Below are positions 44,519 through 54,709 of a DNA stretch of 63,395 nt, in pieces (the stretch's first letter is position 1; each line of letters opens with the position of its first letter). The position numbers and the translations under genes are program-made. The stretch comes from a bacterium. Its GTDB lineage: Bacteria > Patescibacteriota > Minisyncoccia > Phycocordibacterales > UBA5272. The notes under the pieces are model-generated. The model was not told where the DNA came from. It did no database searches and was given only the letters and a program-made list of their open reading frames with translations. The stretch covers positions 1 through 63,395 of the forward strand of contig JAYTSG010000033.1 in NCBI GenBank assembly GCA_043745785.1, written 5' to 3'.

Positions 44519-46363
44519 ATGCCACGCGGAAGCCTCGATCATACAGAAGAAATGCTCTATAAACAGTCCAAGGAAAGCCTGGGTAATGGCATAAATGGTG
44601 TCTATCAAGGAGGGTCTTTTCATCATAATACTGCGTGGGAATCTGGCGACCTTTATACAGGAGAATCAAAATCCTCATCCTCCTTTTCATTCAAAGTTTT
44701 TGTTTTTTCACTCTTGGTTTGTATTTTTGCAGGAGCATTTCTTTTTTATAAGTTGACCATTAGTCCAGTAACTATTGATAGTAAAAAAATAGCAATCACC
44801 CTTACCGCTGATCCCTATGTTGATGGAGGGCAAGAAGAAAAGCTTTCGGTAACGGTTACTAATAATAATCAGATTACTCTTGACGAAGCAAAACTAACCT
44901 TTACCTACAATAAAGGATCAAATCTTTCAGGTGATGCAGAAAAGATTACCGTCACTAAAGACATTGGACAGATACCTATTATGGGAATAGTGAAGCAAGA
45001 GTTCCCTTTTATTTTGTATGGTCCTCTTGAAGATAAAAGACCTCTGATAGTTCGGCTTGATTACAAAATAAAAGGGTCAAATGCTCTTTTTCCTAAGGAA
45101 AGTAGCACTGAAGTAACTCTCAGTACTCCACCTTTATCTCTCGCGATAGAAGGGAGTGAAAATGTAGTTTCTGGTGATCAAACCGAGTATGTCATTGTGA
45201 TAAAAAATAATACAGCAACTTCAAGTACCCCATCATTTTTGAGTCTCACTCCTCCAACTGGTTTTTCTCTTATTAAGACAAGTGAAAATCCACTCGAGAA
45301 AACATTTTCATGGATACTTCCTGCATTTACATCAGGTGAAGAAAAAAGAATTAAAATTACTGGTGTGTTTACAGGAGTTGTTGGAGAAAAAGCAGTATTC
45401 AAGGGTGTCATTGGTTCGAAAAAAAGTAATGAAGACACTATCCTAGATTTGTATTCATTTGATGTGAAGGATGTAACTTATTCGAAACCAGGACTTTCTG
45501 CTAGTCTTACTCTGGTCACCGACAGAGGGGTGAGTACTATCCTTCGTAAAGGTGATAAAATATCCACTACTATCAAATATAAAAATGAGGGCATTTCTAA
45601 AATCTCTTATATTGAATATAGATTAGTACTCCCTGATGGCATTGATCCGCGAACCATCCTTGTTAATCAGAGTGGCTATTATGATTCGGGGACACATGCT
45701 ATTATCTGGAGTTCTGAAGCCTATGAAGGATTTCTCAGTCTTGGAGTAGGTCAAGAAGGATTTCTCAGTATGAGTTTTATACTACCGACTAACTTCAAAG
45801 ACACATCGTTACCCATAGAAATAAAATATAAAGGAATGGATGCAGGGGTAGGGAAAGTTATTACTTCAGCGAAAGATTTCTCTTATCAGATAGGTGGTAG
45901 TGTGGCTTTCAATACCTATACTATCTACAAAGATGAAACCTCTCCAAATAAAGGTCCTCTCCCTCCAAAAGTAGATACTGAGACTACTTACACTGCAGTG
46001 CTGGTGCTCTCATCTGAAACTGATCTGCATAATGCTCGAGTTTCTTTTACTCTTCCAGCTTTATATGTCACTTGGCTTGATAGTGTTATTTCATCGAGTA
46101 CAGTTATATATGATTCACGCTCAAAAATCGTCTCCTGGAATGTTGGGGACGTGAAAAAAGATGAAAAGCTTACAGCAAGGATAAAACTCTCCGTTAAACC
46201 ATCTCTCGTACATCTGGGGTCGTCACCACAACTAAGCTCTAAAATAGTTTTTTCAGCTGAAGACATTATGACGAAAGAAAAAATACAGCAAATACTAGAC
46301 CCGCTGACGACAAGTATCATAGGTGCAGATAATCTTTCAGATCAAATACACGTTATTAAGTAA
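44519..46363 (+). CDS. Large hypothetical membrane-anchored extracytoplasmic protein
   Basis: TM at about aa 55-80, then beta-rich repetitive sequence; no family recognised. Confidence 0.55.
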   Translation: MPRGSLDHTEEMLYKQSKESLGNGINGVYQGGSFHHNTAWESGDLYTGESKSSSSFSFKVFVFSLLVCIFAGAFLFYKLTISPVTIDSKKIAITLTADPYVDGGQEEKLSVTVTNNNQITLDEAKLTFTYNKGSNLSGDAEKITVTKDIGQIPIMGIVKQEFPFILYGPLEDKRPLIVRLDYKIKGSNALFPKESSTEVTLSTPPLSLAIEGSENVVSGDQTEYVIVIKNNTATSSTPSFLSLTPPTGFSLIKTSENPLEKTFSWILPAFTSGEEKRIKITGVFTGVVGEKAVFKGVIGSKKSNEDTILDLYSFDVKDVTYSKPGLSASLTLVTDRGVSTILRKGDKISTTIKYKNEGISKISYIEYRLVLPDGIDPRTILVNQSGYYDSGTHAIIWSSEAYEGFLSLGVGQEGFLSMSFILPTNFKDTSLPIEIKYKGMDAGVGKVITSAKDFSYQIGGSVAFNTYTIYKDETSPNKGPLPPKVDTETTYTAVLVLSSETDLHNARVSFTLPALYVTWLDSVISSSTVIYDSRSKIVSWNVGDVKKDEKLTARIKLSVKPSLVHLGSSPQLSSKIVFSAEDIMTKEKIQQILDPLTTSIIGADNLSDQIHVIK

Positions 46364-46422
46364 TTAAGTACGACGAGTGACACTAGTATGTCACTCGTCG
46401 TAAAGTATGTTAGTATAAATCT

Positions 46423-47481
46423 ATGGAAACAAAGACTATATCTATTACGACAGGTACTTTAATACGAACATTTATGGTCGTTATTTTTGCGTCACTTTTT
46501 TTATTTTTGAGCAAGGTCGTCATAACCCTTCTTGTTGCAGTAGTACTTGCATCTGCCATTGAACCATGGATACTTTTTCTCAAGAAATATAAAATGGGAC
46601 GAGGAATTTCTGTTTCACTCATATTCCTAGCCATTCTCTCTCTTCTGTTCTCAGTTTTTTACTTTCTTTTACCTCCACTCGCTAAAGATGTTGTAGAATT
46701 TCTCAAGCACATACCAGAAATGTTTCAGAAGGTCACATTTTTTGGTAATGATTATGGTTTTAGTGACCTCTCACTTTACTTTGAAAAACTTTCTAAAGAG
46801 ATTACTCCTGAAAAGATTATTAGCACCGTTAAGAATCTTATTTTAGGCGGAGGTACTTTTTTTCAGGCTGGGTCTGCAATTATTTCTAGTTTAATTAGTT
46901 TGTTTTTGACTTTTGTTATCGCTTTTTATTTAGCAACGGAAGAGCAAGGTGTGCAAAAGTTCCTTCGTATTGTTATTCCGAGTGCTCACGAAAAGTATGT
47001 CGAAGATCTTTGGAGGAGAGCACAAATCAAATTTGCTTATTGGCTTCGAGGTCAGCTTTTACTCTCACTCATTATATCGATACTCGTTTACATACCACTC
47101 CTTATTATAGGTTTACCTTTTGCAACACTCCTTGCAGTCTTTGTCTTCTTTGGTGAGCTCGTACCTATGGTAGGGATACTTATAGCAACTATTCCAGCAC
47201 TGATCATTGCTTTCGTTTCAGGAGGGTTTTCACTTGTTCTTGTGGTTCTCGCGATATATGTGGTCGTCAATTTCCTCGAGAACCATGTTATTTATCCATC
47301 GATTATGAATAAAGCAGTCGGTGTTCCTTCAGTTCTTATTCTCATTGGTGTACTCATCGGGGCTGAGCTTGCGGGTATTTGGGGAGTTATTCTTTCTGTA
47401 CCCCTTTCTGCTGTACTTATGGAGCTCGCTTCCGATGTTGAAAAAAGAAAGTCAGTATCTACAGTAAATAGTGTTGTATGA
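46423..47481 (+). CDS. AI-2E family transporter (PerM/UPF0118)
   Basis: 352-aa polytopic protein; C-terminal GAELAGIWGVILSVPLSAV pattern. Confidence 0.7.
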   Translation: METKTISITTGTLIRTFMVVIFASLFLFLSKVVITLLVAVVLASAIEPWILFLKKYKMGRGISVSLIFLAILSLLFSVFYFLLPPLAKDVVEFLKHIPEMFQKVTFFGNDYGFSDLSLYFEKLSKEITPEKIISTVKNLILGGGTFFQAGSAIISSLISLFLTFVIAFYLATEEQGVQKFLRIVIPSAHEKYVEDLWRRAQIKFAYWLRGQLLLSLIISILVYIPLLIIGLPFATLLAVFVFFGELVPMVGILIATIPALIIAFVSGGFSLVLVVLAIYVVVNFLENHVIYPSIMNKAVGVPSVLILIGVLIGAELAGIWGVILSVPLSAVLMELASDVEKRKSVSTVNSVV

Positions 47482-48962
47482 AAAAAGTAATCTCTACTGC
47501 AATAGCGTACGCCAATGCTGGTCCTCATATTGGGCACGCTTTTGAGTACGTCTTAGCTGATACTATTTCTCGGTATCTTAAAAATAAAGAGGGCATTGAC
47601 AATGTTTTTTTCGTCACTGGCATGGATGAGCATGGACAAAAAATTGAACAAAAAGCAAAAGAGATGAATATCCCTCTTCAAGACTTTGTTGATACCAATG
47701 CAAACCTCTTTAAAAATCTAGATATCGAGCTAGGTATTAACTATGACTACTTTGTGAGAACAAGTGATAAAGAAGCTCACTATAAAGGAGCTCAATTATT
47801 ATGGAATAAGCTACTAGATGCTGGAACTCTTGAAAAAAGAGAGTACAGCGCTCTCTATTGTATTGGTTGTGAGGAGTTTAAAATGGAGAAAGATCTGAGT
47901 GAAAAAGGGGAATGCATAGTACATCTCAAAGCCCCCGAAGAAGTAAAAGAAGAAAACTGGTTTTTTAAACTTTCAAAGTATGGAAAGGAGATACAGCAAA
48001 AAATAGAAAGTGATGAGCTCAAGATTCACCCAGAAACGAGAAAGAATGAAATCATGGCTCTTCTTGAAAGAGGTCTTGAGGATGTTAGTTTCTCAAGACC
48101 AAAAGAAAAAGTATCATGGGGTATTCCTGTGCCAGGAGATGACTCTCAGGTTATGTATGTGTGGTGTGATGCGCTCTCAAACTATATTACTGCTTTAGGT
48201 TACGGAAAGGACAAGTGGGAAGAGGGGAAAGAGTTTTGGAATGATGCAACTCACATTATTGGAAAAGATATACTTCGCTTCCACGGTGCTATTTGGCCAG
48301 GCATGCTTATGGCAGCTGGACTTCCACTCCCTAAAAATATTCTTGTGCATGGTTTTATTACTTCAGGTGGACAAAAGATGAGTAAGTCACTTGGAAATGT
48401 TATTAGTCCAAACGAAATCCTCGACCTCTTTCGCCCTGCCTGCGGCGACCTTGCTGGTGAGGCGCTTCGCTTCGTTCTTCTTCATGAGATTCCTTCTTTT
48501 GAGGATGGAGATTTAACGATGGAAGGTATCAAGGCGAGTTACACCGCGCATCTTGCAAATGGAATTGGAAATCTGACAAGTAGAATCATGAAAATGGCAA
48601 CAAGCTATGAGGTAACCTTTAATCCTAAAACAGATCCAATGAATATATTTGGTCTTTACGACTCGATGAAAGATATTAGTCGGATTATTCATTTAGAAGA
48701 TTTTGATACCAAGGAAGCTTTGAGTGAGATAATGAGTACAGCTAGATCCATTGATGGGCTTATTCAGTTAGAACAACCATTTAAACTCATAAAGATAGAC
48801 GAGAAGAGGGGTAAAGAAATTATTAAAGATCTGCTGGTTTATTTGTATAAAGATATTGCGCTACCTCTTCATCCATTCATGCCGAAAACTTCTGCGAAAA
48901 TTCTCGAGTGTATTCGCGAAAATAAAATGCCAGAGAAGCCACTTTTTAATCGCTTAGCATAA
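47478..48962 (+). CDS. metG: Methionyl-tRNA synthetase (short form, no C-terminal tRNA-binding domain)
   Basis: AYANAGPHIGHAFEY (HIGH) and KMSKSLGN motifs. Confidence 0.85.
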   Translation: MKKVISTAIAYANAGPHIGHAFEYVLADTISRYLKNKEGIDNVFFVTGMDEHGQKIEQKAKEMNIPLQDFVDTNANLFKNLDIELGINYDYFVRTSDKEAHYKGAQLLWNKLLDAGTLEKREYSALYCIGCEEFKMEKDLSEKGECIVHLKAPEEVKEENWFFKLSKYGKEIQQKIESDELKIHPETRKNEIMALLERGLEDVSFSRPKEKVSWGIPVPGDDSQVMYVWCDALSNYITALGYGKDKWEEGKEFWNDATHIIGKDILRFHGAIWPGMLMAAGLPLPKNILVHGFITSGGQKMSKSLGNVISPNEILDLFRPACGDLAGEALRFVLLHEIPSFEDGDLTMEGIKASYTAHLANGIGNLTSRIMKMATSYEVTFNPKTDPMNIFGLYDSMKDISRIIHLEDFDTKEALSEIMSTARSIDGLIQLEQPFKLIKIDEKRGKEIIKDLLVYLYKDIALPLHPFMPKTSAKILECIRENKMPEKPLFNRLA

Positions 48963-48966
48963 AATT

Positions 48967-49530
48967 ATGCAAGAAATATATTTTGAATTAAAAGTAGATG
49001 AGGATATTGTCTTAAAACTGAGAAACCAAAATCATCTCAAGGAAATGTTTGAGATTACTAAAAATAATATTGATAGATTAAAGCCTTGGCTGTCATGGGC
49101 AACTGACTCAATAGTTATTGAAGAAACTGAAGCATTTATACAGAGAAGTCAAGAAGGTTTCTTAAGTAAGAAAAGTCTAGATCTTGGCATTTTTTATCAG
49201 GGTAAACTGATTGGTAGCGCTGGATTTCATGGTATGGTAAAAAGCGACAGAAAGGCAGCAATCGGTTACTGGGTAGACAAAAACCATGAAGGTCAAGGAA
49301 TTGTCACTAAAAGTATGAGATGTCTTATTGAGTATGGTTTCGGTGAGCTTGATTTAAACCGGCTAGAGATACTTTGTGGAGAAGGTAATAAAGAGAGTAG
49401 GGCAGTAGCAGAGAGACTTGGCTTTGTTTTAGAAGGAAAAATGAGACAGTATCACATCATCAACGGCGTTATGATTGATGACCTTATCTTTAGTCTTTTA
49501 AAAGAAGATTTTCTTAAAAATAAGAATTAA
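48967..49530 (+). CDS. GNAT N-acetyltransferase (RimJ/RimL-like)
   Basis: IGYWVDKNHEGQGIVTKS and NKESRAVAERLGF patterns. Confidence 0.65.
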   Translation: MQEIYFELKVDEDIVLKLRNQNHLKEMFEITKNNIDRLKPWLSWATDSIVIEETEAFIQRSQEGFLSKKSLDLGIFYQGKLIGSAGFHGMVKSDRKAAIGYWVDKNHEGQGIVTKSMRCLIEYGFGELDLNRLEILCGEGNKESRAVAERLGFVLEGKMRQYHIINGVMIDDLIFSLLKEDFLKNKN

Positions 49531-49539
49531 AATTCAATC

Positions 49540-49911
49540 ATGAAATCCATACTTAAACTACACACCATACGGGCATTTACTCATATCGGCTACTACGACT
49601 CAGAACGTGCTACAGGGCAGTGGATAGAGCTTTCTGTCGACCTTCATATCAAAGACCCTGCGAGCTGCGCGTCAGATGATATCGAAACTACTCTTGACTA
49701 TGGCTTCCTCACGGGGCGTCTCACTACCTTTCTCCAAAAGTCAGAGGCAAAGCTTATCGAGAAACTCGCGCTCGACGTGAAGGACGAAGTTTTTCACATA
49801 GATAAAGATAAAAAAATCAGTGAAGTGCTTATTAAAATAAAAAAAACTTCGCCGTCGGATAAGTATGATGGTCACGCAGTGTATGAGCTTCAGTGTACGC
49901 GCCATGAGTAA
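49540..49911 (+). CDS. Dihydroneopterin-aldolase-fold protein (FolB-like)
   Basis: 123 aa; IGYYDSER...VDLHI...LDYG...LIEKLA pattern of the tunnelling-fold family. Confidence 0.45.
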   Translation: MKSILKLHTIRAFTHIGYYDSERATGQWIELSVDLHIKDPASCASDDIETTLDYGFLTGRLTTFLQKSEAKLIEKLALDVKDEVFHIDKDKKISEVLIKIKKTSPSDKYDGHAVYELQCTRHE

Positions 49912-50533
49912 AATGCTTTCCAAAGAAGACTACAGAGATGGACTTGTTAAGATAGGGAAACTTGTCTTTGACTTTGCGCGTGTACACAGAGTGACCTATC
50001 ATGATGATGGCATAACCCCAGAGTCAGACACAGACCATACGGTCATGCTGTCAGTCATCGCATGCGCGCTTGCTGATACATTTTATAAAGATGAACTTGA
50101 TATTGGTCTCGTGGCGCAGTACGCTGTCGTCCATGATCTTGTCGAAGCCTATGCGGGTGATACTGACACCTTTGGAATTATCGATACTGCAAGAAAAGAA
50201 AAAGAACACAGAGAAGAAAGAGCTCTCCATATGATAGAGGATCAGTTTCAGCAGGTTTATCCATGGCTTCCAAAAATAATTGGCGAGTATGAATCATTAC
50301 AAAAGAAAGAGGCAAGATTCGTCAAAACAGTTGATAAAATGATGTCTAAGATAACTCATATTTTAAATAATGGTATTTATTTTAAGAAAAAAAGAATTAG
50401 TGAGGAACATATGCTTGCTAATTATAAAAAAATGTTTGAGAGAATGGAAGGGTCTTATGGAAAAGAATTTCCACTCCTGCTATCTATCACCAAAGAGCTA
50501 ATAAATGAGGCTAGAATAAAAACATATGATTAA
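49904..50533 (+). CDS. HD-domain phosphohydrolase (YfbR-like 5'-nucleotidase)
   Basis: ESDTDHT...VHDLVEAYAGDT HD motif; ATG overlaps the upstream stop. Confidence 0.65.
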   Translation: MSKMLSKEDYRDGLVKIGKLVFDFARVHRVTYHDDGITPESDTDHTVMLSVIACALADTFYKDELDIGLVAQYAVVHDLVEAYAGDTDTFGIIDTARKEKEHREERALHMIEDQFQQVYPWLPKIIGEYESLQKKEARFVKTVDKMMSKITHILNNGIYFKKKRISEEHMLANYKKMFERMEGSYGKEFPLLLSITKELINEARIKTYD

Positions 50534-51356
50534 TTTTATTGACATACACTCTCACCTTCATGATAAAGCTTTTGATAGTGATAGAGAAAAAATAATGATA
50601 GAGCTAGAACAGGCGGGTGTGATGACTATCACCGTTGGTACTGACTATGTAGAGAGCTTAAAGGCTGTAGCACTTGCAAAAGAAAGTGCTTATATTTTTG
50701 CAAGTGTTGGTATGCATCCTGTCGATAACAGGAATGAAGAGTTTATCAAAGAGAGATACTTGTCACTTGCACTTGAAGAAAGAGTTGTGGCGATCGGAGA
50801 ATGTGGTCTTGATTATTTTAGATTAGAAGAAGATAAAAAAGCAGGATTTTTCCTAGAAGACGAAGATGAAAAAGAAAGACAGAAAAAGATTTTTGCGGCA
50901 CAGATAGAACTTGCTGTAGAGTTGAATAAACCACTCATGCTTCATGGCAGGCCAAGTAAAGGCAGTATGGACGCTTATAAGGACATGCTCGAGATGCTCC
51001 GGCAGGCCAAGCATGTCTACGGCGATAAAGTGAGAGGTAATTTTCATTTTTTTGTTGGCAATACTTATGTTGCTGAAAGAGTACTGAACCTCAATTTTAC
51101 AATGAGTTTTTCTGGTGTCATTACTTTTGCTAAAGAATATGAAGAGGTAGTACACTTTGTGCCACTCCATATGATGCACGCCGAGACAGATAGTCCCTAC
51201 GCGACACCTGCTCCATATCGTGGTAAGAGAAATGAGTCAACCTATGTAAGAGAGGTGGTAACAAGGATAGCTGAAATAAAGGTAAAAGAAGTAGAAGAGG
51301 TGAGAACTCAGTTGCTTCAGAACAGTTTGAGAGATTTTGCATTGACAGATAAGTAA
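50526..51356 (+). CDS. tatD: TatD-family metal-dependent hydrolase
   Basis: IDIHSHL start, GECGLDY and HAETDSPY motifs. Confidence 0.8.
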   Translation: MINFIDIHSHLHDKAFDSDREKIMIELEQAGVMTITVGTDYVESLKAVALAKESAYIFASVGMHPVDNRNEEFIKERYLSLALEERVVAIGECGLDYFRLEEDKKAGFFLEDEDEKERQKKIFAAQIELAVELNKPLMLHGRPSKGSMDAYKDMLEMLRQAKHVYGDKVRGNFHFFVGNTYVAERVLNLNFTMSFSGVITFAKEYEEVVHFVPLHMMHAETDSPYATPAPYRGKRNESTYVREVVTRIAEIKVKEVEEVRTQLLQNSLRDFALTDK

Positions 51357-51403
51357 ATAAAAGGCATCATAAAAGTATCGGCACTATATGAAAGGAGGTT
51401 GCC

Positions 51404-51796
51404 GTGGCAAACAGAGACAGACGTGCATACTTTGGTCCGGTGTATAATCGAAACTTCGGAAAACTTGTAAAAGAAGTAGATCGAGAAGTCCTCCAGCTTT
51501 TTGTTGGAAAACATAAACTACTCCTTGACTCACTTCTAGAAGAAAGTGGAATGCAATCGGGTGTGAGTAAAGCAAGACATCTTTTTGTTGTTGAGACAGT
51601 GAGGTTGCTTGATGACGGGAACAAACTCCTGAGACCGCTTTGCATCTGGTTTCTTCCAAGACATGATTTTGTGACGGAGGTTAATAGTCTTCTGACAGAG
51701 TCATATAACTTAGATGAGATCAAGCAGAATAAACTCCTCCTAGCCTTAAACCCACCACCAGATTGGAGTAACTGGGACTATGAGAAGGCTAACTAA
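51404..51796 (+). CDS. Hypothetical protein (GTG start with strong RBS)
   Basis: aaggagg 7 nt upstream of the GTG; terminator 51805-51842. Confidence 0.5.
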   Translation: MANRDRRAYFGPVYNRNFGKLVKEVDREVLQLFVGKHKLLLDSLLEESGMQSGVSKARHLFVVETVRLLDDGNKLLRPLCIWFLPRHDFVTEVNSLLTESYNLDEIKQNKLLLALNPPPDWSNWDYEKAN

Positions 51797-51872
51797 AATC
51801 GCCTGAAGGCTACACCAGCAGTAGTGGGGGTAGCCTTTTCATATGCTTAAAAATGTGCTATAGTGTGCTCCT

Positions 51873-52382
51873 ATGACTAAAGAAATAGAAACCACAGTAG
51901 ATAGCCGTGTGTATGAAGTTTCATACATTTTCGATAATAAAATTGAAGAAAGTACGGCGCTTTTGAAGGTAGACGCCCTCAAGCAATCTATTGCTACCCT
52001 TGGAGGTAGCTTCGTTTCAGAAGAAACTCCGTATTTACGCGAGCTTGCTTACGAAATGATTCGCGTCGTTAACAATGTGAATATTCGTTTTAATGAAGGT
52101 TATTTCGGATGGATTAAATTTGAAATAGCTGGAGAGAAGATAAAAGATCTTGAGAAAACTCTCAAGGCTGACGAAGAAGTCGTCCGCTTTATTGTCGTTA
52201 AGACAGTCAAAGAAAATACCGTCTTTACCAAGCGTGCACCAGTAATCAAAGCTGAAAACCTTACTGATATTATTGGAGACGTTATAAGTGAAACTCCAGT
52301 TGCAGAAGAAGTAAAAATTGAGGAAGCTAAGGCAGAAGTGGAAATCACTCCTAGCATTGAAACGAAAGAAGCGGTACAATAA
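51873..52382 (+). CDS. rpsF: 30S ribosomal protein S6 with acidic C-terminal extension
   Basis: YEVSYIF...LRELAYEM pattern; followed by ssb and rpsR. Confidence 0.8.
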   Translation: MTKEIETTVDSRVYEVSYIFDNKIEESTALLKVDALKQSIATLGGSFVSEETPYLRELAYEMIRVVNNVNIRFNEGYFGWIKFEIAGEKIKDLEKTLKADEEVVRFIVVKTVKENTVFTKRAPVIKAENLTDIIGDVISETPVAEEVKIEEAKAEVEITPSIETKEAVQ

Positions 52383-52386
52383 AAAC

Positions 52387-52851
52387 ATGTATCTCAATAA
52401 AGCATTTATTTTCGGAAATTTAACTCGTGACCCAGAGCTTAAAGCGCTCCCTAGTGGAACAAAAGTAACTGAGTTTGCGATAGCAACGAATCGTTCCTAC
52501 AAAGATCCAAATGGTGTTGTTAAAGACGAAACGCAATTTCACAATGTTATTGTGTTTGGCCGTCAGGCGGAGATTTCTGCGCAGTATTTAAAGAAAGGGC
52601 AGGGGGTACTCATTGAAGGACGTATACAAACTCGTAGCTGGGATGATACAAATGGTGGTGGTAAAAAGTATCGTACAGAAATAATCGCAGAGTCAGTGCA
52701 GTTTGGTCCAAAAAGTAGTGGTAGCGGTGCACCGCAAGGAGCTCCACAAGGTATGACAGGAGAGCATGCGCCAGGAGTGATAAGTAAGCCTGGACTGGAT
52801 ACTATTGACTATGGAGACACCAACATCAATCTCGATGACATTCCATTTTAA
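52387..52851 (+). CDS. ssb: Single-stranded DNA-binding protein
   Basis: MYLNKAFIFGNLTRDPEL OB fold; Gly-rich tail ending DDIPF. Confidence 0.9.
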   Translation: MYLNKAFIFGNLTRDPELKALPSGTKVTEFAIATNRSYKDPNGVVKDETQFHNVIVFGRQAEISAQYLKKGQGVLIEGRIQTRSWDDTNGGGKKYRTEIIAESVQFGPKSSGSGAPQGAPQGMTGEHAPGVISKPGLDTIDYGDTNINLDDIPF

Positions 52852-52975
52852 GAGCTAAAATTACTTCATCTACTTCCCTGTAAAAGCTTTTCGCTCCAGC
52901 GTCGTATCACTTGTACGTCTTGGTCGCAAAAAACTCTTACGCCTCGCATCTAAAGCAATTTGTAGCTCTTAAAAA
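52846..52975 (+). repeat. Dispersed element R3, copy B, between ssb and rpsR
   Basis: Core 52908-52946 is homologous to copy A; locus-specific inverted termini ttttaagagcta..aaatt (52846-52864) and 52955-52975; left arm includes the ssb stop codon. Confidence 0.55.
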
Positions 52976-53179
52976 TCTATGCCAAAGCTTTTGTCTAACC
53001 AAGAAAGCTTTTGAATAAGTCCAAAAAGCAGATGTACTGAGAGTTAGTTTCTTTACCTGAAAGCATGAAGTGTCAATTTCAGTTAAAAAATACACACTAA
53101 TCAAATACATACCCCACACTCCGTCCTAAAAGAACCGAAGAATTCTTTAGATTAAAAAAGAAATTTATCTATTAAATAT

Positions 53180-53383
53180 ATGAAAAAACAAGATTACTTC
53201 AAACAAAATAGCATCAAGTTCATCGACTACAAGGATACAGAAATCCTCGTTAAGTTCTTAAACCCACATGCGCGTATTCTTTCACGTAAAAAAACTGGCC
53301 TTACTGCTGGTAGTCAGCGTGATCTCTCACAAGCTATCAAGCGAGCAAGATTTATGGGGTTACTTCCGTACGTTAGCCACTAA
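53180..53383 (+). CDS. rpsR: 30S ribosomal protein S18
   Basis: IDYKDTEILVKFLNPHARILSRKKTGLTAGSQRDLSQAIKRAR. Confidence 0.9.
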   Translation: MKKQDYFKQNSIKFIDYKDTEILVKFLNPHARILSRKKTGLTAGSQRDLSQAIKRARFMGLLPYVSH

Positions 53384-53407
53384 AGAAAGACAGAGAGAAA
53401 GTAGGCA

Positions 53408-53440
53408 CATAAAAACCACAGAATTTCTGTGGTTTTTATG
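53408..53440 (+). terminator. Intrinsic terminator after rpsR
   Basis: cataaaaaccacaga/tctgtggtttttatg 15-bp stem. Confidence 0.7.
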
Positions 53441-53579
53441 TAGCTCAATGTGCTGGTAAAAATTAAGATGATTGTAGTTACGTCCTCTCTGTTACGGCAG
53501 CAATAATTTCTGCAAGTTCAGTAGTCACATTTTGAGCGTAACTAAAATCTTTTGAGGTGTTAATATTATATTTGAGTTC

Positions 53580-53897
53580 CTATAGAATCTCTTTTACTTT
53601 ACTTAGTTCATCTTTGTTCATAGTATCAAAGACTTTTTGTATAAAATGAGGATCTGCATCCAAAAGTACTTCAAGTCCTTTCCTTCCAAGAGATAATCTC
53701 AAAGCTTTTTCTAGAGGGAAGATGGGTTTATTTTTATTATCAGACAACTGAGCTGGACTCATCGGTTGAGAAGTCTTAGCTATCGTATCAAAGAGGTTAA
53801 AAACATTAGCTGAAGTAAGCTCTGTTTGGCCTGATTTGCGTGATGCTTCGTTTTCTTTTGAGTCAGGAACTGGTGCCTGTTTATTTATTTTTGTCAT
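53580..53897 (-). CDS. Hypothetical protein
   Basis: 105-aa ORF only. Confidence 0.4.
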   Translation of the reverse strand: MTKINKQAPVPDSKENEASRKSGQTELTSANVFNLFDTIAKTSQPMSPAQLSDNKNKPIFPLEKALRLSLGRKGLEVLLDADPHFIQKVFDTMNKDELSKVKEIL

Positions 53898-53978
53898 ATA
53901 TGGTAATTAGTACACACAAAAGATTAGAAACAGCCACTATTTTATGGTAGTATACTTACATACTATTTATAAAAGTCC

Positions 53979-54611
53979 ATGTCATTACAAACACATCCAA
54001 AAAAAGAAAGAACCTTTGTTATTCTCAAGCCAGATACAGTACAGCGCGGTCTCGTTGGAGAGATATTTAAGCGTTTCGAACGTATCGGTCTTAAAATCGT
54101 CGCTACTAAAATGCATATGGTCGATGAAAAAACTCTCTGGGAACATTATAATAAAGACGATACTTGGTATGAGAAGAAAGGGCTCCGTATTGTAGAGAAC
54201 AAGAAATCACTTGGGCATGTTATCGACAAAGAAGCTATTGAATACGGTAAAGATATTATTCGTGCTATGGTGCATTATATGTGTGCAGGACCAGTTGTTT
54301 CACTTGTGTTAGAAGGTAATAATGCACAGGCAGTTGTCAAGCGTATTGTTGGTAGCACAGAGCCTTCTACGGCAGATACAGGTACTATACGCGGTGATTA
54401 CTCTATCGACTCTTACTACCTTTGTGATGTTGATGGCAGCCGTGGAATGAGAAATCTCATTCACTGTACAGATCCAGCCGATGGTGAGGGTGCATATCAG
54501 CGCGAAGTAGATCTCTGGTTCTCAGAAGATGAAATCATGAAATATCGTCTCGTCACTGAAGCGATGCTCTATGATGTAAGTCTCGATAGTATGCGAGATA
54601 GTCTTACATAA
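53979..54611 (+). CDS. ndk: Nucleoside diphosphate kinase, long variant
   Basis: ERTFVILKPDTVQRGLVGEI start; catalytic-His region NLIHCTD; about 60 aa longer than typical Ndk. Confidence 0.75.
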   Translation: MSLQTHPKKERTFVILKPDTVQRGLVGEIFKRFERIGLKIVATKMHMVDEKTLWEHYNKDDTWYEKKGLRIVENKKSLGHVIDKEAIEYGKDIIRAMVHYMCAGPVVSLVLEGNNAQAVVKRIVGSTEPSTADTGTIRGDYSIDSYYLCDVDGSRGMRNLIHCTDPADGEGAYQREVDLWFSEDEIMKYRLVTEAMLYDVSLDSMRDSLT

Positions 54612-54709
54612 AGATATAAATACTCTCTTAAAACTTTCTTTATCAGGATTCACTGTAAAGTAAAGTCAAAAGACACAGTAACACGAAAGCGAACTATGAT
54701 GGTTCGTTT

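Noticed and set aside
53481-53582. Stop-codon readthrough: TAG ending ORF 53580..53897 is followed by 33 more in-frame sense codons
   Set aside because: An open run of that length is not improbable by chance. No conserved extension or readthrough context was recognised.
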